From: Azolla caroliniana
Lineage: Eukaryota; Plantae; Polypodiophyta
Length of the DNA: 64,000 nucleotides
NCBI GenBank assembly: GCA_043228905.1
Contig: JBHGNT010000015.1
Location: 9,734,001 to 9,798,000, forward strand
Direction of reading: 5' to 3'
Under the pieces are notes generated by a model that searched no databases, was not told the DNA's origin, and worked only from the letters and a program-made list of their open reading frames with translations. How positions within the stretch are numbered: the stretch's first letter is position 1; each line of letters begins with the position of its first letter. The position numbers and the translations under genes were made by a program. Shown piece after piece: positions 48,656 to 62,337 of this stretch.

Positions 48656-51600
48656 ATATGTATCTTATTTATTGTATGTATGTAGATTTGTAATACATAT
48701 AATATGTAATTGTATGTATTTATGTGTATGTGTATGTGCATATATAAGTTGTAATTTATTTATGTATGTATTTATGTATGTGTATGTACGTATGTACATA
48801 TGATATTATATATTTGTATATATATTCATGTTTAGTTAGTATGCATGTATAAATGGGTGTAATGTATGTATATACATATTCATGGATGTAGTGTTTAAAT
48901 GTAGGTATATATGCATGTATATATGTATGTATGTATGCTACTCCAAATTTAATTATTGTTTGCATAATATATTCTTTATTATCTCATTGAAATATCTAAT
49001 ATTTCATGGGCTTATGTAATTTTTTTCTCTAGCATAATTAATAGTACCCTTATGTAAATATATATTTTATGTATTTATTAATACCCTTATATATATACAT
49101 TCTGTATCTCAATGGTTAATTTAAACCCCTTTTGATGAACTCACGTGCTATCATACAAGTTTTGACAGTGAAGCCCCCGGGGGCGACCCAAGAAGAGCAT
49201 GATTCTCATGTACTATTAGTACTAAAACGACTTCAAGAACATGGTCTTTATGCACAGCTGGAAAAATGTAGTTCCGGGTGCAACCAGGTAGAATTTCTAG
49301 GTTATGTCATTTCCTCAGAAGGCATCTCCATGGATCTAGCTAAGGTCAAAACGGTGGTAGAGTGGCAGACTCTGCGTTCGTTGCGAGATGTGCAATGCTT
49401 TTTAGGCTTTACCAACTTTTACCACAAGTTCATACAGGATTACTCAAAGCTTGTTCTGCCTCTCACATAGCTTACCAGGAAGGGACAATCGTTAGTTTGG
49501 TCTGAAGAAGTGGACATGGCTTTTGAGAGTCTTAAGAAGGCATTTACATCGACTCCTATTTTAGCTCATGTTGATCCAAAAAAACCATTCATCACTGAAT
49601 CAGACGCATCGGATTTCGCCTTGGGTAGCATTCTGTCGCAACAAGGTGATGATGAAAAGCTACATCCTATGGCTTTCCACTCACGCCAGTTTGATGCCGT
49701 GGAAATCAACTATGAAATTCATGATAAGGAGCTATTAGAAATAGTGGACTCTTTTACGCAATGGAAGCATTTTCTAGAGGGGTCTTCTCATCAAGTCACT
49801 TTATTCAGTGATCACAAAAACCTTGCCTACTTTCAGAATGCTCGTGTGTTAAATTGACGTCAAGCTCGTTGGGCCCAATTCCTCACTCCTTTCGACTTCA
49901 AAATTACATATCTTCCTAGGAAGCAACAAGGGAAGGCAGATGCATTATCATGGCGCTCGTATCTAGCCCCGCATCCCGGCGATCCGGCTTTCGATAACCA
50001 AAAGCAAGTAATCTTGGGACCGACACAATTGCAAGCAACACAGGTCTTCGATATGTCCTTGGATTCCCACGTTATCGATACCATACATGAGGACTTGAAG
50101 ACAGATGCTTTCACCCAAGCCATTCTAGCACAAATTGATCCCTCTCAAGCATCTTCTTCACAATCACAACAACTAGGTACGGACTATCGACAATTCGAAT
50201 GTCATGATGGATTACTATTCTTTAAGAAACTCTTGTATGTTCCTAATAGTACTTGTCGCCTTCAAGTAGTCCAAAACTGTCATGACACATATACAACTAG
50301 GCATTTTGGTAGTACTAAAACATTAGATTTAGTACAACGATCATTCTGGTGGCCCCATATACGTCAATTTGTCGAAGATTTTGTTCAAACTTGTGATATA
50401 TGTTGCAGAGCAAAAGTGCCAAGGCGTCATCCATATGGTTTATTAGAACCATTACCAATTCCAAGAAAGCCATGGCAATCCATTGCTCTAGATTTCATCA
50501 CAGATCTTCCGGTCTTTAAGGGATTCGATGCAATCTTAACAGTAGTAGATTGATATAGGAAGATGGCCCATTTCCTGCCATGTACAAAGGAAATCTCTAG
50601 TGAGGAAATTGCCGAAACTATCATGCGTGAAGTATATCGGCATCATGGCCTTCCCGATAATATCATCAGTGACCGTGGACCCCAGTTCATCTCGAAGTTC
50701 TGGAAGCACCTCTTTAAAATGCTTCAGGTCACTTGTAACCTCTCCTCCGGCTGCCACCCGCAAATAGACGGCCAAGCAGAACGAACTAATCAAACGTTGG
50801 AGCAGTATCTGCGGTGTTTCCTAAGCTATCATCAAGATGACTAGGCGGATATTCTCCACTTTGCCGAATTTGCGTATAATAACTCTGTCCACTCATCGAC
50901 AAAGGTTACACCATTTTATGCTTATACGGGTTGTCACCCCCGGTTGTATGTATTTGAAACTCCAGAGTTACCCACAAATCCCTGCATAGAGGATCATTTT
51001 GAGCGGTTACACAAGATACAAGCGGATTTATCTATTCATCTAAAACACGCTCAACAAACACAAAAGGTTTACGCAGATCGTTGTCGGCTTCCATCCAGTG
51101 TTAACATTGGCAATCGGGTATGGCTACTACGACGACAAATCAAGACTACTCGCCCATGTGATAAGTTGGATTATCGGCAATTAGGTCCTTTTCGTATTAT
51201 CGGAAAAATTAATGATGTCGCTTTTCGTCTCGATCTACCTCCGCAACTCCGGATACATCCGGTGTTTCATAGTTCGCTCCTCGAACCCTATCAAGACAGC
51301 ACCATCCCAGATCATATTAAACAACCTCCTCCCCCTTGACGATGGGGCCGAGTACGAGGTTGCCGCCTTCCTCAATTCCAAGATTTTTCGCAACAAGCTC
51401 TACTATTTAGTCAATTGGTTAGGATATAGTCCCAACGACCATACCTAGGAACCGATAGAGAATGTGACCAATGCTCGTGCTCTTCTTGAAGACTTCCATC
51501 GCCAATATCCAGGCAAACCGGGTCCTCACTACAAAATGACTCATTACACTCGTTGTGGGGATAGTGTCATGATATGGCAACACTCGAACCCGTGTCCTTA

Positions 51601-52758
51601 TGTTACATGGGTCCAACTCTTGACCATTATACCATCTTTTGTAATACGAAAAATATTATGGTCATTTAAGTTTTATTATAGAAAATTGATGTATATTCCA
51701 GATTTCTCTGGAACATTCTAGAAACTTTAGGAGTACTCTTGAGAACACTATAAAAGGAGGCACAAGGCATTATTTCGAACCAAATCGGTTCAACATCAGT
51801 CTTAAGCCTCCTAGCCTTCCTTGTATATTCTTCTCACATAATATATCGTTGTCATCATCATTTCCTCTCACTCTCACTCTCTCTCTCTCTCTCTCGCTCC
51901 CACTCCCTCTCTCTCTCTCTCCTTCTCTCGAGTGTTCTACACCCTCTATTCTTCTTAGTACTAATATTTCTCTCTTAGTACTAATTTCGTCTCTGTCTCT
52001 GTACTAATCCTGACAATAGCCGACGTGTTCATTCGAGACTAAAATCTAGGTGGTTGTACCATGTACACCTATTCCTCAAGCTCACCTTGCAGGAAAACAC
52101 ATTCTTTATATCCATTTGATGTAAGTCCCACCCCTTCGCCGCAGCTACTGCAAGCAACACACAGGCGTTCGTCATCTTCATGACCGGCACGAACATCTCA
52201 TCATAGTCAATGCCTGGTTGTTGTGCATAGCCCTTGACCACTAACCAGGCCTTGTATCGGTTGACGGAGTCGTCGGTGTTGTACTTGATCTTGTACGCCC
52301 ACCTGCATCCGATTAGCTTCATGCCCTTGGAGGCATCAACCAAATCTCAAGTCTCATTCTCCGTTAGCCGCTCGCATCTCTTCCTCTGTTGTGGCACGCC
52401 AATTTGCCTCTTCTACCGCTTCTACGTAGCTCACCGGCTCGCGCACTTCTGCCACCTTTGTCATGTACGCATAGTGATATGCCATGTACTCATTATCTCC
52501 ATACTGCTTCACAAGTTTCTTCTTGCGGGTAGATCGTCGAGGCTTCTGGTTCACTTATTTAATGGCCCTCTTGGCCAATTCCGACTTCGTTTCCGAAGGT
52601 CCGTTTGTCATGAACACATGACATGACCATTATGGCGTCATCCGAACTTGAACCTCGAACCTTGTAATCCATACTTGAAAACCTCAACCATTAAGATAGC
52701 TTATTGTAATATGAAACAATAAAAGCTACTTCTTGTATTACATTGATTATTGTAAAAA

Positions 52759-52832
52759 CTCTAGATTATTCTAGAATGTTCTAGAATGTCCTAGAGCATT
52801 CTACGTCTAGAACATTCTAGAACATTCTAGAA
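52759..52832 (+). promoter_or_regulatory. Heat-shock-element array upstream of the LTR TATA box
   Basis: TTCtaGAAtgTTCtaGAA and GAAcaTTCtaGAAcaTTCtaGAA are alternating nGAAn pentamers; TATA at ~52857. Confidence 0.7.
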
Positions 52833-53062
52833 ATCTCTAAGCTATTCTATAGGAACCTATAAATAAGGGTATACATGTATTCTCAAATCAATTAGAATCA
52901 ACACCAGTCTTTAGCTCTCATTACATATCTTGTATCCATTCTCTTTCTTTCTCTATCTTATACATCCATTCTTCTCTTAGTATTTGGTTCCTTTCTTCTC
53001 GTGTTCTCTAATATCCTTCTTCCATCACTCTATCTTTTATCCTTGGTTCTGACAGTTTGATT

Positions 53063-53105
<43 letters not shown>

Positions 53106-56100
53106 CCTCCTTTGTAACCATCCTGAAACCATGGCTGCCATTAACTCAGAAGAATATCTCACCCTTGTTGCAGAAATGGAGAACCTTAAATCCAAGTTCG
53201 CATCTCTTGAAGTAGAGAATCAACGTCTACTTGGGGATCTACAAAAGGTTACTATAGAGAAGCAACAACAACAAGAGGAGTTCACGCGACAAGTGCAACA
53301 GTTAGAGTCGACAATCGTAGTGTTACAACAACAAAGGGTTGAAGGTCAGGGACTTATCAAGGAGCCCAAAATTAGCCTCCCAGCTAAATTTGATGGGTCA
53401 AGGGCGCATTTCCGAGGTTTTTTGAATCAAGTACGGTTGGTGATTCAAATGCATCCCGTGCGTTATCCAACAGATGCATCACGAGTCGGGCTAGTGGGCA
53501 CCTTATTGACTGGCATAGCGTTGTCGTGGTTTGCTCCATTGCTAGAGACCAATTCTCCTCTACTGAATAATTTCGAGGAATTTATCAAGGAATTTAAGGC
53601 TTGTTTCGGAGATACTGATGGGGCGAGAACAGCTATCAACAAGATTCGTACACTTCGTCAAGGTGATCAACCAGCTTCGACATATGCTGCCAATTTCCGT
53701 CTCATCGCAAGCAATATTCCTTGGGATGAACAAGCCCTAATGGAGCAATTCCGTTTAGGCCTTCGTAGTGATGTCAAAGACTTACTTCTTACCTTCCCCG
53801 AGGATCCAAGGTCACTTACAGAAGCTATTAGTCGAGCAATACAGTGTGATAACCGCCTTTTTGAGCGTCGATGTGAGCAACAACAACAAATAACAAGTTC
53901 AAGATTCGCACCAACTTATGCATCAGTAACGGCACAATCATCCCCAAGGCAAATGTATAGCCCTGCTCCAACTCCAAGGCAAACACGTAGTCCTGTCCCA
54001 ATGGAAAGTCCTGCACCCATGGAGATCGATATGACTCAATGACGAGGACCGTTGTCAGACGACGAGAAGCAAGGTCGTCGAGCAAACCATATGTGCTTAT
54101 ATTGCGGAGGTCCAGGACATATAGCCATTCATTTCTCCCGTAGGCCGAGACGTCAGGTAAATCAAATTCACTATGACAATAAAAATGAGTCCAACATTTT
54201 AGAAGTAGTTAGTGAATCTAATATTATGAATAATCCACCCTTGTCGAATAAATTTGAAGTCCTAAGCCAATTAGAAGAGGAGTCAAACGAATAAGTCCGG
54301 CCAAAATAGGAGCCATTTGGGTGGACAACCCTAGATATGTACAACCTAGTGTGGGTTCCATTTCTTCCAAGCATGTTAGTAGAGTCTTCTCAGCCCTAGT
54401 ACAAGTTAGGACACCCAGTTGTCAACTTCAACTCCAAGCCCTCTTAGATACTGGAGCCAATTCTTGTTTCATGGATAGAGATTTTGCCCAAAAACACCAA
54501 ATATCCTTGCATACACTTCCTTGTCCAGTTTCCATAGTAGTGATTGATGGACGCCCCATAGCTTCCGGGAAAATATTTGAAGAGTCTAAGCCAATACACA
54601 TACTCTTGGGTGATTTAGGATGTGTAATTTCCTTTAACATAATCTGTAGTCCTGAGCATCCAATTGTCCTCGGTTTGCCATGGTTCGAGCTACATAACCC
54701 TAGAATCAATTGGAGGAAGCGAGAAATTAGGTGCCCTTTAGCAGAAAATATCATTGTCAAGGATCGAACTCGGGATTATCCTCCTAAAGTATACAGTTCT
54801 ACCGATGCACCATATCCTTCTCATCAAATTTCAGGCATCACATTGCAACAATTGTGCCAAGTGGGAGGCAAGGAGGACCTTTTCTTATTTGTAGTATCTG
54901 TGACACCTTCTAGTGTCACTCAAGGGAATTCAAACATCCAAATTCCCAAAAAATATCAAGACCATGCTGATGTTTTCGACAAAGTCAAAGCTAGTGTTCT
55001 TCCAAAGCATCGGCCGTACGACTGTCCTATTGATCTCCAACCAGGAAAAGAGCCACCGTGGGGTCCGATTTACAATTCATGACCCACTGAGCTTGAGGTT
55101 CTTCGAGAATGCATCGAGGAAAATCTTGCACATGGGTTTATTCGACATTCAAAGTCTCCAGTTGGTGCTCCTATCTTTTTTGTGAAGAAAAAGGACAGCT
55201 CCCTTCGTTTGGTAGTGGACTATCGAGGCTTAAATAAAGTCACCATAAGGAATAGGTATGCTTTACCTTTAATCTCCAATCTCTTAGAACGCATTGGTGG
55301 GGCAAAGCATTTTACCAAAATTGATCTAAGGGGTGCATATAATCTTGTTCGAATTCGGTCAGGAGATGAGTGGAAAACAACATTTCGTTCTTGGTATGGT
55401 CATTTCGAGTATACAGTCATGCCTTTCGGGCTCACAAATGCACCTGCAATAATCCAACATATGGCAAATGACATCTTCCGGGATTTCTTGGATATTTTTC
55501 TAATCATCTACCTAGATGATCTATTGATTTACTCTAAAACACAGGGGGAGCATGATATACATGTGCAGCAAGTAATAGAACGTCTAAGGAAGTATGGTCT
55601 TTATGCCAAACTTGAGAAATGCAGTTTTGATTGCAAACAACTCGAATTTTTGGGATACACTATTTCATCCCAGGGTGTTTTCATGGACCCGGCAAAAGTC
55701 CAAACAATATTGGAATGGAAATCCCCATGCTCAGTTCGGGATGTCCAGTGTTTCTTCAGATTTGCAAACTTCTATCGCAAATTCATACATAATTATTCAA
55801 GCATTGTGTTGCCTCTTACTCAACTCACCAAGCAAAATCAAGCATTTTTTTGGAGTATCGAAGCGGACAAGGTTTTTACGCAGTTGAAAGAGGCATTCAC
55901 ATCAGCACACATCCTAGCACATATTGATCCTGAAAAGCCATTTACTATTGAGGCGGATGCATCAGACTTTGCATTGGGGAGTATCCTATCGCAACCAGGC
56001 GAGGACGGGCAGACACATCCAGTCGCGTTTCACTCGAGAAAATTTACTGTTTCGGAGATAAACTATGAGGTGCATGACAAGAAGTTACTAGCTGTGGTCG

Positions 56101-56446
56101 ACTCATTCGAGCAATGGCGTCATTTTCTAGAAGGATCACCTCATCAGATTATCATTTATAGTGATCACAAAAATCTCACATTTTTTCAAACAGCTCGAGT
56201 ATTAAATAGACGACAAGCTCAGTGGGCCCAATTTCTAACGCATTTCGATTTCAAGATCATTTTTCGCCCCAGAAAACAACAAGGGAAAGCAGATGCTCTG
56301 TCTCGGCATTCGTATCTAGCACTTCGACCTGGAGATCCGGCCTTTGACAATCAAAAGCAAACTCTCCTCGGGCCATCAAAGCTATAGGTAGCAACAATTT
56401 ATGCCACGCCACTTGATTCTACCCTTCTTGACACTATTCGGCAACA

Positions 56447-56648
56447 ACTTCATTCGGATGATTTTACTAAGGATGTCTTAGCCCACTGTGGTTCAAGTCG
56501 TCCATCTTGCTCCACATTGCCAGGGTCATCTCAACATTATCAGGACTTCATTCGGATGATTTTGCTAAGGATGTCTTAGCCCACTGTGGTTCAAGTCGTC
56601 CATCTTGCTCCACATTGCCAGGGTCATCTCAACATTATCAGGACTTCA
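56447..56648 (+). repeat. 98-bp tandem duplication in pol of element D
   Basis: Two copies with one mismatch, bounded by ACTTCA at 56447, 56545 and 56643. Confidence 0.9.
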
Positions 56649-59600
56649 AGTGGCAAGATGGCTTACTCTTCTACAAGAATCTCCTTTACGTCCCGGACGG
56701 ATCACCCCGACTTCAAGTGTTGGAACATTGTCATGATGCCCCCATGGCTGGACATTTTGGTATTTCCAAGACCATTGAGCTGGTGAAACGTTCGTTTTGG
56801 TGGCCTCACTTGCAAAAATTTGTTGAAGATTATGTTCGCAATTGTGACACCTGCTGTCGCGCCAAAATACCCTGGCATCACCCTTATGGCTTACTACAAC
56901 CATTACCCCCTCCCAACAAGCCATGGCAGTCTATTTCTATGGATTTCATTACGGATCTGCCACCTTCCAAAGGCTTTGATACTATTTTAACAGTAGTGGA
57001 TCGGTTCCCCAAGATGGCACATTTTGTACCATGTGTAAAGACCATCAATAGTGAAGAAACTGTTGATCTCATTATGCGTGAAGTGTTTCGCCATCATGGT
57101 CTCCCGAATGATATTATTAGTGATTGAGGTCCTCAATTTATCTCACACTTTTGGAAGCACCTATGGGCAGGCCTCAAAATCTCTTGCAAACTCTCTTCGG
57201 CTTATCATCCACAAATTGACGGACAAACAGAGCGCACAAATCAACCGCTCGAGCAATATCTTCGATGTTTCATTAGTTATCAACAAGATGATTGGAGTAA
57301 TATTTTACATCTTGCCGAGTTTGCATACAACAACACGGTCCACTCTTCTACCAAAGTTACACCTTTCTTTGCCTACACCGGCAACCACCCTCGATGGTGT
57401 ATACTGGATCTTCCCGAGGTGTCACGAAACCCTAGTGCGGCGCATCACCTCCACCGACTACAAAAAATCCAATTCGAGTTATTGTCACATCTTCAGAAAG
57501 CGCAAGCACACCATAAGACCAATGCCGATCAACATCATCTTAAGTCTCCGTTTAAGGTTGGTGACCGTGTATGGTTGCTTCGTCGTCACATCAAGACTAC
57601 CCAACCGTGTGCTAAGCTTGACTATCAACGCTTAACTCCTTTTGTCATCACGGCGCAGATTAATGATGCAACATTTCGTCTTAACCTTCCAGCACATATG
57701 CGGCTTCACCTTGTCTTTCATAGCTCTCTTTTGGAACCTTGTCACACCTCTTTAATTCCTAATTGTGTCGTGCCACCACCGCCTTTTGTACAACTTGTGG
57801 ACGGCCCCGAATACGAGGTAGCTGCTATTCTCGATTCTAAGATTGTGCGCAATAAGCTTTATTATCTAGTTGATTGGCTTGGCTATCCTCCGAGTGATCG
57901 CACTTGGGAACCCATCGATAACGTTTGTAATGATGAAGCTCTGGTCAACGACTTCCATCGTGACTATCCAAACAAACCCGGCCCAACAATGTTAACGCCG
58001 ACTTCCACTCAACGTTCTCGAAGGAGGGATAGTGTCATGAACACATGACATGACCATTATGGCGTCACCCGGACTTGAACCTCGAACCTTGTAATCCATA
58101 CTTGAAAACCTCAACCATTAAGATAGCTTATTGTTATATGAAACAATAAAAACTACTTCTTGTATTACATTGATTATTGTAAAAACTCTAGATTATTCTA
58201 GAATGTTCTAGAATGTCCTAGAGCATTCTAGGTCTAGAACATTCTAGAACATTCTAGAAATCTCTAAGCTATTCTATAGGAACCTATAAATAAGGGCATA
58301 CATGTATTCTCAAATCAATTCGAATCAACACCAGTCTTTAGCTCTCATTACATATCTCGTATCAATTCTCTTTCTTTCTCTATCTTATATATCCATTCTT
58401 CTCTTAGTATTTGGTTCCTTTCTTCTCGTGTTCTCTAATATCCTTCTTCCATCACTCTATCTTTTATCCTTGGTTCTGACACCGTCTTCATTCTTGCCAG
58501 AGTCGGATTAGCTCTTATTCGACTCTTCCCTACCGGTGTCGTATTCCGGTATCTTCTTCTTCCCTTTTTCCTTACGTGTGAACCGTCTCCTAGGTTCCTT
58601 GCGCGAGAATAGCACAACTGAGTTTCCACTGCTCGGCAACGCTTCATCCGATTGGTCATTCCGATTCAGTCTCTCATTCATCCCACTTAGCCGGAATGAG
58701 ATTGGACTCTCTTCCAGAGTTCCAATTTCTTCTTCGTTCAGAGGCATCTCAACCTCACTGACCTCATCCTCAGAATTCAGAATGGAGTTGTCGGGGTTCG
58801 GAGACAAAGGTAAGTACCATGAAGCCGACTCATCGAAGAAGACATCACGACTTACTCGGATCTGTTTGGTTCGGGGTTATTGAGCGGACAAGTTCAACAT
58901 GATCCGGATCGGTTGAATAAACTAGAGCCTAATCGGTATCTAGAACAGAGGGCCGGATCGGTGTCCGGATCTGAGTGTAACTGGTCGGCCAATAGAGGCC
59001 TACAATCCTAGCCTAGTACGTAGGCATATTTTCAGGAGTTTGTGTCAGTAGCTCTATACGAGCATTGAAGTACATGTCAGTACTTCTATCAGCCTTTTTA
59101 AGGACTTGTATAAAAAGTGTTCCTTAGGACATTTGTATGTATAGAGTGATATTTGGAATTGGAATTTAGTGTGTTCTGCTCTCTCTGTCTCTCCCGCATG
59201 TCGAAAGCTCTTGTCGGCAGCAGAGGATGTTCTAACCCTCGCACTCTAATACCATGAAAAGAGTTAGGTTTCATGGTAGGTGCAGAAGCGTAGACACAAC
59301 AAGCTCAGCTAGACAGCAACAGACAATACACAGGTTTGATGGAAAGCTTCAAATACACAGAGAGTATGCATGAGAGATAGAGAGAGCATAACATAAACCT
59401 CTATTTCAAAAATAATGAACACTCTCTACATTGAATGTGCTCAGACAGAATTTGTATAGAAGTCCTTAAAAGCACTAGCACAAGTACCACATGTACCATC
59501 AGTACTTTAATGCTCATAAATGAGCCCCTATAGTAAATTCCAAATATATTCCTTCGCAGAATAACTTTCCAACGCTCTTCCGCCTCTTGGCTTTTTCAAC

Positions 59601-60353
59601 CAATCTGGCCCCAATTGAGCTTGCTTGCTCAACACTTCCGACTCAAGAATAGTCTTTACGGCCTGAAATAGGCACCCCAGGAGTGGTACAAGAAGTTCGA
59701 TGACTTCGTCCAATGAGTTCTCTTCTCAAAGAGTGGTCGGGAACATTACCTCTTTACCAAAACAAATCGAGATGAGTCACCCTTTTCCTCATCATTTATG
59801 TGGACGACATGCTACTCTCCGTCCGGCACGCCAGAGAGCTTGGCCAGACTTGTCTGCAACTACGGTTGAAGTTTGCCATGAAGGATCTCTGTTCAACAAG
59901 ACACATTCTAGGGATGAAGATTAGCCGGCTTTGAAATCAACGACAACGGTTTTTGTTGCAAACCGACTACATTGGATATGTCTTAGTACATTTCAACATG
60001 CAATCGGCAAAATCTGCTTCGACCCCGCTCCCCATTATTCTTCAGCTGTCTCAGTGAGACTGTCCGACATCCGCCCTGGAGGGGGAAGATACGAAGTCGT
60101 TCCCATATGCACAGGTTGTCAGCTCCTAAATGTACGCGATGGTTGCAACATGGCTGAACTTAAAGCCAATACCGTAGGGGTCATCAACGGATTTATGCAC
60201 AATCTCGGCCGATCACATTGAAATGTAGTAAAGCATGTGTTCAGATATCTCATGCGCACAAAAGACTATGTCATCCTATTTGGCCCAAACGATACTTCAA
60301 GCGTAGTCAGTTATACTAACTCAAACTTTGTCGATTGTGTGGAAATCAAGAAT

Positions 60354-61900
60354 TGTAACATATCTAGTGTGTTGAGGGGTTCCGTGATTAGCACCACAAC
60401 ACACCACCTCGACGGATTGAGGTGAGGGCCTTTCTCGATGGGTAGAGAAGGCGCCCATAACTCGAGGTGTGAGTCATTGGCTTCTTAGTCTTCTTGATGG
60501 ATGGAGAAGACACCCATGACTCAAGGTGTGAGTCATGGGTTTGTGGCATGTTTACCATTGCCAAGGTGCACACGGGGAATGGAATCTCCCTAGTGCATTC
60601 AATAATCTAATGCCTATGTGAGGAATGGCATCTCCCTAGAGTGTACTCAATACCATAATAATAAATATAAGTTATTCACGTACCATACGATCGTACTTAC
60701 GAGAGAATGAAGGGGGATCTTCTATTTAAGCTAGACAAAGGGATAGAAGGCATGAGGGGAAAACAGAGGGAGAGGGGAAACAATTAGGGTTTTGTATACA
60801 AGGGGGGTGAGAAGCATTATGCGTATGTTTGTGTTAGGGAAGGCTTGGGAGGAAAGGAGGTAATATGTGTGGTGGTGGCCGTCATTCCTACCGCGGTTAT
60901 GTACGATGCCATGGGTCATGTGTCTCGTGTCGTTGTGGGTAGCTCCAGTTGGTGGGTAGCTCGATGATTTTTCATTTGTTAACTTTTCACTCATAGACTT
61001 TTCACTTATTGAGTTCTCGACTTTTCACTTGTTGACTTTTCACTCAACGAATTTCCATTTGTTTATTGCTTTTTTGAAAAAAAATTGCCACCAAATGTCA
61101 ATCTCATGCCAACGAACAAATTATGCGTACTTTGAATGCCTCTCAGCGAAAATCACGTTGATCCTTTTCTAATCTGCAACGGCTAAGTCACGATAGATTA
61201 TTAGTGGTAACCAAACGATTAGCGCATTAACGTCCAGGTGATTAAAGAATAATTAAACGAAAATAAAAAACAAAATATTAAAATGAAAGAAAAATGACTT
61301 TTAAGTTAATTAGAAAATAAAATGCTTCCTTTCTTAATCTCTTCCTAATTAATGGCTTTGCCTCATGAGCTTACGCAAAGCTCATTGATAGCTTCAAGCG
61401 TTGGTCATATACCCGGCAGCAACACCAAGTCAATTCTTTGCGCCTCATAGAAACAACATTGATAAGGTTATACCTTCCGTCAATGTTGTTTCCTTAGGTC
61501 CAAATCGACGTATTCCCTCTTGGTGGTGAACTGGGCAAGGGTAGTTGTCAGGTACCCTTGAGCCACGAACTCACTTAAAGATATCTCTCTCACACTTACT
61601 CTCTTAGACAAGATAAAGATAAAGAATATGTTTCTTACACCCTCTTATTAAAAGGTCTAGCACCAACAAGTAAGAGAGATTAGCGTTATTTACTGAACAC
61701 TATCACTAATCTCTTTTGAGATTATGATTACAAGAAGGAGAAGAGGCTTAGAGTGAAGAAGAAGCTAAAAAATAACCACAAGGTGGCTTTTATAGCATTT
61801 ACATCATGAGTATGGCCAGGCTGCCCATTGGCTTGCATTTCCCCCTATTGGCTACTTTTACCCCTTTTTTGTATATAACTTCTTAGTTGCTCGCTATTCT
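60354..61900. mobile_element. Unresolved LTR-like or repeat fragments
   Basis: Copia RT stops at TGTAACA (60354); short ACTTTTCAC repeats at ~60980-61045; - strand TATA at ~61790; boundaries not established. Confidence 0.3.
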
Positions 61901-62337
61901 TTGTTGGTGTGCTTTTCGTCATGACCGGTGTGTGTTGCATTCCAAATGCTTAACAAAGCCATCAAATAAATCAAGGCAATTGTTTCTCAAAAGAAATGAT
62001 GTTATTTGTTGAAAGTAATTTAATGGCTTTAACAAATTATTTTATGACTTAATGGTTTAATTGGTTTACTGACTTAATCGTTTGGTTAAGTTTGATTCTG
62101 GTTTACGAGTAAATGGTTTGGTTCTGGAATTTTCAAATACAATTTGGATTAAATTATTCAATTTCACCTATTTTTTTAAATAGTTTGTTTGGCCTTCATT
62201 ATGTATAAATGGAAGAAATTAAACCGAAACCAAACCAAGCCCATGGCTATTGGGAGTCAACCTTTTTTCCACAATAACTAGATTCTTTCTCATTTAATGA
62301 GGTTAAAAGCATTGACGGCAAATGGATTTCTAGGTAT

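Larger units (their letters stand above)
38522..49183. mobile_element. 10.7-kb TIR DNA element without its own transposase, carrying cargo; superfamily unassigned
   Basis: TIR CCCCCGGGGGCTYCACT-N19-CACGTGWGTTC at both ends; TSD CGAC (38518-38521, 49184-49187). Removing it restores RT YSTTQEEHD of element A. Confidence 0.92.
14274..52015 (+). mobile_element. Tcn1-type chromovirus element A, split by nested inserts: LTRs 14274-14738 and 51565-52015; gag-PR 14853-16303; RT ~37688-38521; RT-RH-INT-chromodomain 49184-51570
   Basis: Similar TGTCA...TGACA LTRs; TSD ACAAC/ATAGC, both one transition from ACAGC. The pieces join seamlessly when compared with element B; chromodomain EYEVAAFLNSK...YYLVNWLGY. 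Confidence 0.9.
52606..58481 (+). mobile_element. Tcn1-type chromovirus element D, full length, degenerate
   Basis: 449-bp LTRs 52606-53054 and 58033-58481; TSD CCGTT/CCGTC; gag 53131-54294; pol with LLDTGA, YLDD and a chromodomain. Confidence 0.96.
12160..59634 (-). mobile_element. Ty1/copia X, deletion derivative: LTRs 12160-12527 and 59255-59634; RT/RH in 13150-14273 and 52016-52605; no gag/PR/INT seen
   Basis: Homologous diverged LTRs; PBS CTCTAATACCA (59244-59254); PPT complement CTCCCCCTCAAG (12528-12539). RT motifs (RYKAWLVVKGYAQQPGIDYDE, KSLYGLKQA, FEMKDQGDLHYFVGIEV) are continuous across element A. Confidence 0.85.
8119..60353 (+). mobile_element. Outermost degenerate Ty1/copia (Tnt1/Tork-like), in pieces 8119-8990 (GAG-pre-INT, INT), ~11790-12159 (RT 5'), 59635-60353 (RT 3')
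   Basis: Motifs LWHRRLCHMSE, PELNGLAKRINWTIMERV, KFKARLVVKGFRQKYGIDF and QLDVKMAFLYGDLEEEIYM. QEHLV joins RLKNSLYGLK across 12159/59635 with a degenerate TSD (CGGCC/CTTCC). Confidence 0.8.

Noticed and set aside
62050-62260. Helitron or hAT end (GGTTT/AAACC repeats)
   Set aside because: No terminal CTRR with hairpin, TIR or TSD could be fixed.
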